Assembly (NCBI GenBank): GCA_944391565.1
Contig: CALXUB010000021.1
Coordinates: 15,693-79,692, forward strand
Length of the DNA: 64,000 bases
From: an uncultured Alphaproteobacteria bacterium
Lineage (GTDB): Bacteria; Pseudomonadota; Alphaproteobacteria; CAAHEQ01; UBA3637
Direction of reading: 5' to 3'
Position 1 is the stretch's first letter, and every line of letters starts with the position of its first letter. Of the stretch, positions 1-10,354 are shown piece after piece. The translations under genes were made by a program, and so were the position numbers. The notes beneath the pieces were generated by a model that saw only the letters and a program-made list of their open reading frames with translations, did not search any database and was not told the origin of the DNA.

Positions 1-33
1 ATAAAATCTGCGTACATATTTTCTTCCTTTTTG

Positions 34-67
34 CAAAAAAAAACGCCCATAGAAACGAGCGTTTTTT
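34..67 (-). terminator. Probable intrinsic terminator after rpmE
   Basis: Imperfect stem AAAAAACGC...GCGTTTTTT flanked by A/T runs just past the rpmE stop. Confidence 0.5.
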
Positions 68-69
68 CT

Positions 70-300
70 TTAGTTCGTTTTTTTAGTCCCAAATCCGGCA
101 AAACGTTTATTAAACTTTGCCAACTGCCCACCGGTATCGATTAAACGCTGAACACCCGTCCAAGCCGGATGCGCCAGCGGGTCAATGTCCAAACGAATGG
201 TATCCCCGGCTTTACCGGCAGTCGTTCTGGTTTTGAACTCTTCCCCATTTGTCATCACAACCGTGACTTCATGGTAGTCTGGGTGAATATCTTTTTTCAT
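70..300 (-). CDS. rpmE: 50S ribosomal protein L31
   Basis: [10 protein letters not shown]...HPAWTG...KFNKRF is the L31 signature, in the Zn-free form with no Cys; the start could be at 306. Confidence 0.95.
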   Translation of the reverse strand: MKKDIHPDYHEVTVVMTNGEEFKTRTTAGKAGDTIRLDIDPLAHPAWTGVQRLIDTGGQLAKFNKRFAGFGTKKTN

Positions 301-368
301 TTGCATTACTCCACTTCAATTTGCGAAGGCTTTTATACACGATTTTCAAATAAAAATCAAGTCTTTTT

Positions 369-821
369 TTATTTCAAGAAAATCTCGACCCGATGCGGCG
401 TAATAATGGGATTAACGCGATTGTTCAACACCCTATACACGGAAATAGAAGGATTGATATCTTTTAACGCATTTTCAACAGACTTCAACCGTTCATCCCC
501 GATAGAGGGGGACATTTCCGGTGTCGCATAGGTATACAAATGAATGGCTGCATTTTCCTGTTCTGCTTGCGATATAACGGATTGCAACGTTCCCAAATTT
601 TCTTTTTTCAAAGTTGATTGTTCGGGTGCAAAATAAATCGTTGAGATTTTTTTTAAAGTACGCGGTGCATTATTGCCCTGAAAAGGCGTATCCGCGCTGC
701 TCGCGTCACCACCGGCGCCGCCGGCCTGCAGATAAGGCAAAAAAGGAATTTTACGAACATTTTGTGCTTGCACCGTTAAGGCACAAGCTAAAAACAAAAG
801 ACTGTAAAAAATCTTTCTCAT
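369..821 (-). CDS. Exported protein with a degenerate OmpA-like (peptidoglycan-binding) fold
   Basis: Signal peptide (…ALTVQA); IYFA…ERLKSVENAL…RVEI resembles the OmpA_C pattern. Confidence 0.5.
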   Translation of the reverse strand: MRKIFYSLLFLACALTVQAQNVRKIPFLPYLQAGGAGGDASSADTPFQGNNAPRTLKKISTIYFAPEQSTLKKENLGTLQSVISQAEQENAAIHLYTYATPEMSPSIGDERLKSVENALKDINPSISVYRVLNNRVNPIITPHRVEIFLK

Positions 822-824
822 GAA

Positions 825-1709
825 CTATCCTTTCTTTGACAACTCCTTTTGAATAGTCGTAAAGAGTGATAAATTACTGGCAATCACATATTCTTCCCCC
901 GTCAAATCCTGCAAGCCTGTTTTTCCCGAAAGCGTGGCAATGGTTCCACCGGCTTCCCGAATAAATAAACTGGCCGCAGCGATATCCCAAATCGGCGTTT
1001 TTTGAGCAATAAAAGCATCCAGTTGTCCGGCTGTCACTTCCGACAGCTGAAGCGTTGTCGCTCCATAATAGCGAAATCCTGCGATTCGTCCGGACATATT
1101 CTGTAAAACAGCGGATTGCAGCCGGCTGACAGAACCAATCAGGCATTCCGACAGATTCGTTCGTCCGGAAACACGCAATCGTTTTTGACCGGAAGGGGTC
1201 ATTAAAAACGCCCCTTGTCCTTTTTCGGCATAATATAAATCATTGCTGATCGGATTAAAGACAACGGCCGCCGTCACGGCATCATGATATTTCAATGCAA
1301 CGGAAACCGCAAAAAACGGCAGGGCATGAATAAAATTTGTCGTCCCGTCAATCGGATCAATAATCCAGGTAAAAGGCGAGTCGTTTTTTGACGGAATGAC
1401 ACCTCGTTCTTCCGAGATAAAGCCATAATCGGGCCGATCTTCCGACAAACTGTCGATTAAAATCTGTTCCACCTGAATATCCGCATTAGACACAAAGTCG
1501 CCCGGTCCTTTACGTGTCACCTGCAACTCGCCGACTTCACCGAAGTCTCTGATCAAAGAACGGCCGGCTTTTTGAACAGCCTTCACCATCACGTTCATAA
1601 TGGCGGACAAAGAAGAAATACGCTGTCTTTCGCGTGTTTCAGCCCGTTCCAGCCGTTCTCTGCGCCGTTGTATCGGATCTATTTTACGTTTTTCCGTTGT
1701 AAAAGCCAT
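825..1709 (-). CDS. suhB: Inositol monophosphatase family protein
   Basis: DFVSNAD, SEE, WIIDPIDGTTNF and WDIAA motifs. Confidence 0.93.
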   Translation of the reverse strand: MAFTTEKRKIDPIQRRRERLERAETRERQRISSLSAIMNVMVKAVQKAGRSLIRDFGEVGELQVTRKGPGDFVSNADIQVEQILIDSLSEDRPDYGFISEERGVIPSKNDSPFTWIIDPIDGTTNFIHALPFFAVSVALKYHDAVTAAVVFNPISNDLYYAEKGQGAFLMTPSGQKRLRVSGRTNLSECLIGSVSRLQSAVLQNMSGRIAGFRYYGATTLQLSEVTAGQLDAFIAQKTPIWDIAAASLFIREAGGTIATLSGKTGLQDLTGEEYVIASNLSLFTTIQKELSKKG

Positions 1710-2272
1710 TATTTTGCTCTTTCAACATAAGAGTTATCAGCCGTAGCAACCACAATTTTTTCACCGGCATTGACAAACGGCGGAATGGTTGTCTTAATCC
1801 CGTTTTCCAACACCGCCGGTTTATAAGAAGAAGTGGCCGTTTGATTTTTCAGTGCCGGTTCCGTTTCGGCGACGGTCAAAATCACATGCGGCGGCAAATT
1901 CACGGAAATGGCTTTGCCTTCAATAAAGTTGACGGTGACAGGCATATTATCCTGCAAATACAAGGCCGAATCGCCCATTAAATCTTCGGGAATCTCGAAT
2001 TGATCATAATTTTCCGAATTCATAAAAATCAGGTTTTTACCTTCTTTATACAAATATTGGCAATCATGTTCTTCGTTCATCAATTTTTCAACGGTATCAG
2101 CCGTCCGCCAGCGTTCTTCGGTTTTAATGCCGTTGGACACATCGCGCATTTCGACTTGGATAAAAGCGCCGCCTTTTCCTGGCTGAATCAAGTTAATTTT
2201 GGTCACGGACCATTGTTTATTATTATGTTCAATCACCCAACCCGGGCGAATTTGATTTGCTTGTGCTTTCAT
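1709..2272 (-). CDS. efp: Elongation factor P
   Basis: PGKGG loop and KPAVLENG…PPFV motifs. Confidence 0.97.
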   Translation of the reverse strand: MKAQANQIRPGWVIEHNNKQWSVTKINLIQPGKGGAFIQVEMRDVSNGIKTEERWRTADTVEKLMNEEHDCQYLYKEGKNLIFMNSENYDQFEIPEDLMGDSALYLQDNMPVTVNFIEGKAISVNLPPHVILTVAETEPALKNQTATSSYKPAVLENGIKTTIPPFVNAGEKIVVATADNSYVERAK

Positions 2273-2334
2273 TTTATGCTACCTCTATCAATAAATTCGC
2301 TTGGAATATAACATATTTTAAAAAGAAAGGCAAG

Positions 2335-3399
2335 ATGAAGATGCAAGCTTTAACACAAAAAAACTGGTGGGACCCCGATCTCTATCGGCAAAAGCTGCCG
2401 TTTCGAAAAGCGCGGTTAAAAACAATCCGCCGCATTCGTCGTTTTTTTGAAGAACAGGATTTTACCGAAGTCGACACGCCGGCTTTACAGGTTTCTCCGG
2501 GGCTGGAAGTCCATTTAAAGGCTTTTCAAACGGAGTTGGATGAACCTTTCGGACAAGGCGAACAAACGCGCTATCTGCACACATCGCCCGAATTTACCAT
2601 GAAAAAGCTGTTGACCGCGGGACTGGAACGCATTTTTCAAATCGCGCATGTCTACAGAAATGAAGAACGCGGCCGAACACATCATCCCGAATTTACCATG
2701 CTGGAGTGGTACCGGGCCGGCGCGACTTACAGCGCCATGATGGATGATACGGAAGCGTTGGTTAAAGCCTGTGCCGAAGCGCTCGGCGTCTCCAAACTTC
2801 AATTCAACGGACGAACAGCGGATCCTTTTCGCCCCTGGTGCCGATTGACGGTGCAAGATGCTTTTTTAAATTATACCGGCATTGACGTCTTGGCAACCAT
2901 TCCCGAAAAAGTATCCATGGAGCCGGATCCGTCTCTTCTGCGTCGAGAAGCGGAAAAAATCGGTATTTGGACGTCTCCCGCCGATCGATGGGAAGACATT
3001 TTCTTTCGCATTATGCTGGAAAAAATCGAACCTAAGTTGGGCGATGACATTCCCGTCATTTTATGTGAATATCCGACCTGTTTGGGAGCTTTGGCCCGCA
3101 AAAAGCCGGAAGATGAACGCGTTGTCGAACGTTTTGAGGCGTATATCTGCGGCGTTGAATTATGCAATGCATTTTCCGAGTTGACGGATCCTGTTGAACA
3201 AGAAGCTCGTTTTGTTTACGATATGTCTATCAAAGAAAAATTATACAAAGAGCGTTATCCGATTGATACGGATTTTTTGGCCGCTCTTCAACACGGTATG
3301 CCGGCAGCAGCCGGTAATGCCATTGGCGTTGATCGGCTTGCCATGTTGTTGACCGGAGCGGATCGAATCGAAGACGTCCTATGGGCGCCGGTTGTTTAA
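2335..3399 (+). CDS. epmA: EF-P lysine aminoacylase (LysRS-like)
   Basis: YLHTSPEFTMKKLL, HHPEFTMLEWYR and GVDRL motifs; divergent from efp; start at 2335 or 2341. Confidence 0.95.
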   Translation: MKMQALTQKNWWDPDLYRQKLPFRKARLKTIRRIRRFFEEQDFTEVDTPALQVSPGLEVHLKAFQTELDEPFGQGEQTRYLHTSPEFTMKKLLTAGLERIFQIAHVYRNEERGRTHHPEFTMLEWYRAGATYSAMMDDTEALVKACAEALGVSKLQFNGRTADPFRPWCRLTVQDAFLNYTGIDVLATIPEKVSMEPDPSLLRREAEKIGIWTSPADRWEDIFFRIMLEKIEPKLGDDIPVILCEYPTCLGALARKKPEDERVVERFEAYICGVELCNAFSELTDPVEQEARFVYDMSIKEKLYKERYPIDTDFLAALQHGMPAAAGNAIGVDRLAMLLTGADRIEDVLWAPVV

Positions 3400-3441
3400 A
3401 AAACGATAGCGAACGTTCTTATTGCTGTCGGAGAAATTCAT

Positions 3442-3469
3442 AAAAAAAGGAGCCTTCCGGCTCCTTTTT
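3442..3469. terminator. Bidirectional intrinsic terminator between epmA and secA
   Basis: AAAAAAAGGAGCC-TTCC-GGCTCCTTTTT perfect hairpin between convergent genes. Confidence 0.85.
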
Positions 3470-6061
3470 CTAAGCCAAAGCGCCATGGCAGTGTTTAAAC
3501 TTTTTACCGCTGCCGCAGGGGCATAAATCATTGCGACCGACTTTAGACAAGTCCACTTCCTTACCTTCCGGCGTTTTCACGGGTTCCGGTGGTGCCAACG
3601 TCAGTTGAGCATGTGACAAAACGACTGTCACCTGTTCCCGCACCCGACCCAACATCGCATCGAACAAAACAAAAGCCTCTCGTTTATATTCATTCAACGG
3701 ATCCCGCTGACCATAAGCTCGCCAGCCGATGGCTTTTTTCAAAAAATCCAATGATTGCAAATGTTCTTTCCACATTTGATCCAATGTTTGCAGCAGAATA
3801 CTCTTTTCCAATCCACGAACAAGCTGCGGATCGAAATCCTTATGTTTCTGCACGGCAATCTGATCAGCAACCTGCGCCGCACGCTCAGCCACAGCTTCAC
3901 CGGACAAGCCGTCCTTAACCCACTCTTGAATCGGCAAATCAACTGCCAGCAAACGCCTCAACTCTTGACGGAGCTTATCCAAGTCCCATTCGTCGGGATG
4001 TTGTTTAGACGGCATACAGGCGTCAATCGTTTCGGCAATCATTTCATCCCGCATTTCCTTACACATAGCGGAAACATCCGAAGACTGCATCAACTCGCGA
4101 CGCTGTTCATAAATAACATGCCGTTGATCATTCATGACATCGTCATATTTCAACAGGTTCTTACGCGCATCAAAGTGCATTTGCTCGACTTTTTCCTGCG
4201 CCTTTTGAATAGCTTTGGAAATCCAAGGATGAGAAATAACCTCGCCTTCTGGGATGCGGAATGTCCGTAAAATACCTTTCAATCGTTCTGAACCGAAAAT
4301 CCGCATCAGATCGTCTTCCAACGACACATAGAACTTAGAACGACCCGGGTCGCCCTGACGACCGGAACGTCCGCGCAGCTGATTATCGATCCGTCGATTT
4401 TCATGGCGTTCCGTTCCGATAACATAAAGCCCGCCTGCCTCCAAAGCGATTTTTTGACCTTCGGCGATTTCTGCTTTAACCCGCTCGATGATTTGAAGCC
4501 GCTCAGCCTCGTCTTCCACGCCGTTGAGTTCTTCCTGCAACCGCATTTCCAAATTACCGCCCAGCTTAATATCCGTTCCCCGACCGGCCATGTTGGTCGC
4601 AATCGTCACGGCACCCGGCGCCCCCGCTTGAGCCACGATTAAAGCTTCGCGTTCATGGTTTTTGGCATTTAAAACTTCAAAACGAATGTTTGTTTTCTTT
4701 TGCAAAACATCTGCCAAAGCCTCAGATTTCTCAATAGAGGTTGTCCCCACCAAAACCGGTTGTTTTTTGGCATGAGCTTCTTCGATTTCTTTGACAATCG
4801 CGTTGAATTTTTCTTTTTCAGTTGCGTAAATCTCATCCTGGCAATCTTCGCGCGCCACCGGTTGATTGGTCGGAATTTCAATCACCTGCAAACCGTAAGT
4901 GCTGTCAAACTCGCCCGATTCCGTCATAGCCGTTCCTGTCATACCCGACAGTTTCGGATACATCCGGAAGTAATTTTGGAACGTAATGGAGGCCAATGTT
5001 TGGTTTTCCGGTTGAATCGTCACATTTTCTTTGGCTTCCAAAGCCTGATGCAATCCGTCCGAATAACGGCGACCGGCCATCATGCGGCCCGTAAACTCAT
5101 CAATAATCACGACTTTGTCATCCCGAACGATATAATCCACATCACGCGTGAACATTTTGTGCGCCCGCAGTGCCTGCTCGACATAATGCACCAGCGAAGC
5201 ATTTTCCAAATCATACAGACTGCCCGTCGGCATCAGCCCGACATCCCGCAGCCAAGTTTCCACAGCGTCATTTCCGGCTTCTGTCAAAGCAATCTGGCGA
5301 TTTTTTTCGTCCTTTTCAAAATGTTCCGGCTTCAGGTTATACATGATTTTATCAACGGCTTTGTATTTTTCCGAAGAATCCTCGGCCGGTCCGGAAATAA
5401 TCAATGGTGTCCGTGCCTCATCAATCAGAATGCTGTCGACTTCATCAACGATTGCAAAAGCAAACGGCCGTTGCACCATGTCTTCCAATCGATAGCGCAT
5501 GTTGTCCCGCAAGTAATCAAAGCCGAACTCATTGTTTGTGCCATAAGTGACATCTGCAGCATAAGCGGCTTTACGTCCGGCCGTATCCAAATCATGATAC
5601 ACGCAACCGACCGTTAAACCCAAGAATCGATAAATCTGCCCCATCCATTCGGCATCGCGGCGAGCCAGGTAATCATTGACCGTGACGACATGAACGCCCT
5701 GACCGTTCAATGCATTCAAATAAACCGCCAAAGTGGCCACCAATGTTTTTCCCTCACCGGTTTTCATTTCGGCAATTTGTCCCCTGTGCAACACGATACC
5801 ACCGACCAATTGCACATCGAAATGGCGCTGTCCCAAAGTTCTTTTAGCCGCTTCACGCACCGTTGCGAAAGCTTCGACCAACAAATCGTCCAGCGTTTCC
5901 CCTTTGGCCAGACGTTCTTTAAACCAAGCCGTCCGCGCCTTTAACGCTTCGTCCGACAAGGCGGCCAGCTGGGGTTCCAACGCGTTGATTTCATCGACGG
6001 TTTTACGTAATTTTTTCACATATCTTTGATTGGCGGTGCCAAGCAGTTTTTTCAATAACAC
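3470..6061 (-). CDS. secA: Preprotein translocase ATPase SecA
   Basis: [38 protein letters not shown] and C-terminal SEC-C motif ([14 protein letters not shown]). Confidence 0.99.
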   Translation of the reverse strand: MLLKKLLGTANQRYVKKLRKTVDEINALEPQLAALSDEALKARTAWFKERLAKGETLDDLLVEAFATVREAAKRTLGQRHFDVQLVGGIVLHRGQIAEMKTGEGKTLVATLAVYLNALNGQGVHVVTVNDYLARRDAEWMGQIYRFLGLTVGCVYHDLDTAGRKAAYAADVTYGTNNEFGFDYLRDNMRYRLEDMVQRPFAFAIVDEVDSILIDEARTPLIISGPAEDSSEKYKAVDKIMYNLKPEHFEKDEKNRQIALTEAGNDAVETWLRDVGLMPTGSLYDLENASLVHYVEQALRAHKMFTRDVDYIVRDDKVVIIDEFTGRMMAGRRYSDGLHQALEAKENVTIQPENQTLASITFQNYFRMYPKLSGMTGTAMTESGEFDSTYGLQVIEIPTNQPVAREDCQDEIYATEKEKFNAIVKEIEEAHAKKQPVLVGTTSIEKSEALADVLQKKTNIRFEVLNAKNHEREALIVAQAGAPGAVTIATNMAGRGTDIKLGGNLEMRLQEELNGVEDEAERLQIIERVKAEIAEGQKIALEAGGLYVIGTERHENRRIDNQLRGRSGRQGDPGRSKFYVSLEDDLMRIFGSERLKGILRTFRIPEGEVISHPWISKAIQKAQEKVEQMHFDARKNLLKYDDVMNDQRHVIYEQRRELMQSSDVSAMCKEMRDEMIAETIDACMPSKQHPDEWDLDKLRQELRRLLAVDLPIQEWVKDGLSGEAVAERAAQVADQIAVQKHKDFDPQLVRGLEKSILLQTLDQMWKEHLQSLDFLKKAIGWRAYGQRDPLNEYKREAFVLFDAMLGRVREQVTVVLSHAQLTLAPPEPVKTPEGKEVDLSKVGRNDLCPCGSGKKFKHCHGALA

Positions 6062-6167
6062 TTTGATAACCTTTCTCTATAAAATATTATTCTCTAGAGA
6101 TAGAGTCTTTATCACCAAAAGTCAAGCAAAGAGCTTTGAAAAAACGAAAATTCATGAAAAAGCTGCG

Positions 6168-6635
6168 TTATTCTTTTATGATAACTCCTTCGAACAGTCT
6201 TTGAAACCAAGAGACCCGCCGTCCCAAAACAACGTCACATTTTTCCGGCATCAGCACTTTCACGTTTACAACCAAATCCTGATAGGAAGAGGCAGAATGC
6301 ATTAAATTGAACGGCGTCATCTGAGGATTACCGACGACATACCGTTCCCGCAGTTCTTTTTTGATTTGAGATGTTTTTTCAATAGCCTTTTCCCCATAAA
6401 GCAAATAAACATCCGTCGGATGCGCCAGATAAGTAAAAATAAAAACACGTTGCCAGGCTTCAGGCATTTGGTTTAAAACCGGTTGATACGTTCGCATCAT
6501 CTCTTCCGTCAGCCACATTTTTTTGTGATACTTAACCCGAAGTCCGGCCTTTTTGCACGTTTTTAAAATCATCTTTTTCATGCCCCGCCGATAAGCATCC
6601 GGTTTCAGCGAGATTAATGCATATTCTCCGTCCAT
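6168..6635 (-). CDS. Divergent nucleoside-diphosphate-kinase-like protein
   Basis: N-terminal LKPDA and C-terminal NLMHSAS (phospho-His motif NxxHxS); start overlaps the stop of the upstream Hint gene. Confidence 0.7.
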   Translation of the reverse strand: MDGEYALISLKPDAYRRGMKKMILKTCKKAGLRVKYHKKMWLTEEMMRTYQPVLNQMPEAWQRVFIFTYLAHPTDVYLLYGEKAIEKTSQIKKELRERYVVGNPQMTPFNLMHSASSYQDLVVNVKVLMPEKCDVVLGRRVSWFQRLFEGVIIKE

Positions 6636-8569
6636 CAGGCTGCCTTTCGAGAACGCCAGCGCTTATCAGAAGACATTAAACGCAAAACATAATCCTGCAC
6701 TGATTTGTCGCCGTGAAAATCAGCATTCGCACGGTTAATATCCAACGGCTGTTCGGTCAAACGCAGTCCGTCAATCCATTCCTGAGGCAACAACGGGAAA
6801 TCCTCCCGTTTACTGATCAAAAGACGATCTTTCACAAATTTCATATCGCGGATGAGATATAGATTATTCAACCGACAACTGGTTAAAATTCCGCTTGTAA
6901 AACAATTCAAATGATGTTTCGTCACAATGTTATAATACTTGACTTTTTCAGAGACAACCTCTTTAGAAACCAATCGGACCTTTCGACCGGCCGCGTTAAA
7001 AGTTGTTGTGCCGATAGGTGTTTCATCCGTCATGGGATAGGTAAAAGCACCGGCTTCTTGGTTGAAAAGACGATGTTGGTTAATTGTTTTCAAAACAGAA
7101 CCGTCATCAAAACAAAGCCGGTTATAAGCGTCAGCCTCCTGCTCTATTTTTATCCATAAAGGATATGCAGCGGCGAAACATCCGTTATCGAAATCCCAAA
7201 CTTTCAGCAAGTCTTCATAGTCCACATCTTCAATGTTTTTTACACGGCCGTCTGCCAAAGTCACTTGCGTTCCCGCCGCGCAACACCACCAACACCCACC
7301 ACTGACATCATGAGGAATATTCATATAATCAGCAAATTCAAAACGGCATTTTCCATCTGTGGTGCATGTGCCGTACAATCCACCTGCCATGCATTGAGTG
7401 CCTGAAGCGCAAGTGTAATGGCTTACTTCACTGATACACCAACAAGAACCGTTTTCACAGGTATAGCCCGTTGTATCATAACCGGGCGGAACCGTGCAGG
7501 TGGTTGGACAGGCTGCTCTGCAGCTTCCCATCGTCGTACCGCAAACCTCATCCGCACATTCGCAGACACCATTTGTCGCATGCGCCACGGTGCAACCGCT
7601 GATAACACAAGGTGTACATGTTCCTGCTCCGTTGCACAAACCGGTTTTGTTATCACAAGGTGTTGTTGCAGAAGCATAAGTATATTGGGCTGTTCCGTTT
7701 TGATTGGTGCAAGCCGTCACACAATCTGTCGCAACAAAATCATGGCAGGCATCCGTCACACATTGACCGTCGTTTGTGCAAACTTCCCCTGCTCCACAGG
7801 TTATTTGTTCTTTATCGGGACAACCGTTTGTGTAAGTCGGCGATAAACAAGTGGTTTCGACAGGTGTCAGACACGCACATCCATTCAAAGTCGCATTCAC
7901 GGTTTGGTTGTCGGCGCAAGGATGTGCACCGGTTGCGGAACAATAACAATTAGATGTGTTTTGACATAAGCCGCTGACAATCGCCTCCTCCTTTAAGCAG
8001 CCATCCGAACCGGCCACTAAGCGGGTGCAATCACCGGCTGACACAGATGGACACGTTGTCTCTCCGGGATCCGGGTCAGGTGTCGGATCGGGATCAGGGT
8101 CAGGTGTCGGTGTTGAAGAAGAAGATTTCCGCCATTGTTCATAGGCAAAAGAAAACACGATGTCTTGCGTGCCCTCCCCGCAGACCGTAGAACCATCTGC
8201 CAACGTCACAGATTTCAAAGGATAAGAAATGTCTTTCATGACCTGAAGACAGACTTTTTGAGGAATATCCTCCACCGTCACGTCAATCCCGCCGTTCGAC
8301 TGTTTGACAGAAAAAGTTTTGCCTGATTGGGGTTGAAAACTGGACGGAACCGTTTCTGATTTTGTATCCAACAACAAAAGTGATAACAGTTTCGCGTCTT
8401 CTAACACGGCATTGGCACGCTGTTTATTGATGGCAATCGAATAACCGGCAACACCGCCGGCCGTCAAAACACCCGCAACCGATAAGACCCCTAAAACTTC
8501 CAACATTGTGCGACCGGACACACCGGCATATAACGATTGTTTGGATAATGAACGAACGACCTGTTTCAT
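6635..8569 (-). CDS. Type IV pilin-like leader + Pro/Asp linker + Cys-rich repeats + C-terminal Hint (autoprocessing) domain protein
   Basis: G|RTMLEVLGVL prepilin-like site and hydrophobic helix; PTPDPDPDP linker; many Cys; Hint block A CCAAGTQVTLADG, block B KTINQH, terminal YYNIVT…GILTSC; strong SD AAGGAGGAGG before ATG 8569. Confidence 0.8.
   Translation of the reverse strand: MKQVVRSLSKQSLYAGVSGRTMLEVLGVLSVAGVLTAGGVAGYSIAINKQRANAVLEDAKLLSLLLLDTKSETVPSSFQPQSGKTFSVKQSNGGIDVTVEDIPQKVCLQVMKDISYPLKSVTLADGSTVCGEGTQDIVFSFAYEQWRKSSSSTPTPDPDPDPTPDPDPGETTCPSVSAGDCTRLVAGSDGCLKEEAIVSGLCQNTSNCYCSATGAHPCADNQTVNATLNGCACLTPVETTCLSPTYTNGCPDKEQITCGAGEVCTNDGQCVTDACHDFVATDCVTACTNQNGTAQYTYASATTPCDNKTGLCNGAGTCTPCVISGCTVAHATNGVCECADEVCGTTMGSCRAACPTTCTVPPGYDTTGYTCENGSCWCISEVSHYTCASGTQCMAGGLYGTCTTDGKCRFEFADYMNIPHDVSGGCWWCCAAGTQVTLADGRVKNIEDVDYEDLLKVWDFDNGCFAAAYPLWIKIEQEADAYNRLCFDDGSVLKTINQHRLFNQEAGAFTYPMTDETPIGTTTFNAAGRKVRLVSKEVVSEKVKYYNIVTKHHLNCFTSGILTSCRLNNLYLIRDMKFVKDRLLISKREDFPLLPQEWIDGLRLTEQPLDINRANADFHGDKSVQDYVLRLMSSDKRWRSRKAA
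8063..8112 (-). repeat. Low-complexity Pro-Asp/Pro-Thr linker repeat
   Basis: PTPDPDPDPTPDPDP encoded by imperfect tandem repeats. Confidence 0.8.
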
Positions 8570-8594
8570 TTTATAAACGACCTCCTCCTTTTTA

Positions 8595-9395
8595 TTATAA
8601 TTTTTCGGCAATTTTCAATGCATCAGAAGCCGCATCGGCATTCGGATAGCCGGACAAAATAGACGTTTGCGATCGAATGGCATCTCTGACATGCGCATCG
8701 CGGCGGATAATTCCGGCCAAATCCGGCGACAGCTTTAAAAATCCCTGACACGCTTTCAACAACGTCGCGTAAGTCCTTTCGCCTTCCCGCACATTATTCA
8801 CGGCATTCACCACAATACGAATATCCACATTCGGATTTTCGGAAGATATGATTTTAATAAAAGCGTAAGCATCCGTCAACGATGTCGGCTCATCCGTGCA
8901 AACCACCAACAATGTCCCGGCGTTTTGGGCAAACAACCGGACCGCTTTTTCAACACCGGCCCCCAAATCAATCACAACTTTGTCATACTGAGACGCCAAC
9001 AGTTGCAAATCATCAAAAATCAACTGCAAACGCGACAATGGAATATTCGCTAAGCTGCCCGACCCCGAACGACCGGCGACCACATCAAATCCCAAATCCG
9101 ATTTCATCACCGCTTGCGTCAACGGCACACGTCCCGTAATAACAGAACCTAAATCGTATTCCGCCACCAATCCTAATTGAATATCTACGTTTGCCAGTCC
9201 TAAATCACCGTCAAACAGCAATGTTTTTTCGCCGGCTTTAGCCAAAGCATGCGCCAATGTAATGGACAGCCATGTTTTACCCACGCCGCCTTTGCCGGAA
9301 GCAACGGCTATCATATTACGTCCTTTGACGGCGCCGGCCGGGCGCGGTGCCATCTGCAAGGTATCCGGTAAAGTCAAAATGCGTGAAATATTCAT
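8595..9395 (-). CDS. flhG: MinD/ParA-family ATPase FlhG (FleN)
   Basis: Deviant Walker A GKGGVGKT, DGDLGLANVD, EPTSLTDAYA; follows flhF with an ATGA overlap. Confidence 0.88.
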   Translation of the reverse strand: MNISRILTLPDTLQMAPRPAGAVKGRNMIAVASGKGGVGKTWLSITLAHALAKAGEKTLLFDGDLGLANVDIQLGLVAEYDLGSVITGRVPLTQAVMKSDLGFDVVAGRSGSGSLANIPLSRLQLIFDDLQLLASQYDKVVIDLGAGVEKAVRLFAQNAGTLLVVCTDEPTSLTDAYAFIKIISSENPNVDIRIVVNAVNNVREGERTYATLLKACQGFLKLSPDLAGIIRRDAHVRDAIRSQTSILSGYPNADAASDALKIAEKL

Positions 9396-10348
9396 GATAA
9401 CCCCTCTTCTTTCAATAAAATCAATTCCGCCAAAGCCTTGGGCGTCAACGGACACAAGCCTTCGGAAACATGCGGGCTGATTCCCACATCCGACAAACTT
9501 AACCCGTTGTTTTGGGCCGCAAATAACAAACTGCCGATGCGGCGCGATAAATCCAACCGCGTTGCCAAAATCCGTTTACATCCCAGCGTCAAAAAAGCCT
9601 CCGCCATTTCTGCCGTTTCAAAAGCATCCCCGCCGGCCGAAAGAACCAAAACAGGCTCCAACCCGTCAATATCGGCTTTCAATTCGGCCAAATAAGCCAT
9701 ATCCGTTTTTAAAAACGGATTGACCCCCGGGCTGTCAATCAAAACCAAATCACTTGTTTGACGCAGACTTTCGACGGCTGTTTTCAAAAAAGCCGGTTTA
9801 CGGATTTTCACTAAATCCAACTCTAAAATTTTGGTAAAAGCCTCCAACTGTTCAATCGCGCCGGCCCGTTTTATATCGGTTGTGACTACGCCGACTTTTT
9901 TACCGGCCATTTTAGCCTTGACCGCCATTTTGGCGACCGCAATCGTCTTGCCGCACCCCGACGGTCCCGTCAGCATAAACGCCCGTCTGGAGCTTGTCGC
10001 CGGCAAGGGCATAAAGTGAAAAGTCCGCTCCAACGCATGTGTCAACAATTCTTTAGCCTCCCGTCCCGGTGCCTGTTCGGCGCCGATCAGCAACCGATCC
10101 ATTAAAATCTCGGGTACTCTGTGAGCCGCCAAAGCCGCCCGAATCACACGCAGCACTTGTTCTTCCTTAGGCCCGAACAAAGCTTCTTCAATTTCCGCTT
10201 CCGAGACTTTTTCAGGCGCTCCGACCGTCACACGCACACCGTCCGAAACATGCTGGTTTGACAAAATCAACGCGTCCGGTCCGAAATCTCTTCGAATGGC
10301 TTCCATTGCTTCGGCAAGACAAGAGGCCGCGTAGGTTTTGATTTTCAT
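9392..10348 (-). CDS. flhF: SRP-family GTPase FlhF (short B-domain)
   Basis: N-terminal MKIKTY…AMEAIRRDFGPDALILS; GPSGCGKT, DIKRAGA, DSPG and TRLD GTPase motifs. Confidence 0.88.
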   Translation of the reverse strand: MKIKTYAASCLAEAMEAIRRDFGPDALILSNQHVSDGVRVTVGAPEKVSEAEIEEALFGPKEEQVLRVIRAALAAHRVPEILMDRLLIGAEQAPGREAKELLTHALERTFHFMPLPATSSRRAFMLTGPSGCGKTIAVAKMAVKAKMAGKKVGVVTTDIKRAGAIEQLEAFTKILELDLVKIRKPAFLKTAVESLRQTSDLVLIDSPGVNPFLKTDMAYLAELKADIDGLEPVLVLSAGGDAFETAEMAEAFLTLGCKRILATRLDLSRRIGSLLFAAQNNGLSLSDVGISPHVSEGLCPLTPKALAELILLKEEGLS

Positions 10349-10354
10349 CGCACG

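Noticed and set aside
6875-7285. Canonical splicing intein
   Set aside because: It lacks the terminal His-Asn and an endonuclease domain and is not inserted in a conserved host protein; treated instead as a Hog/BIL-type Hint.
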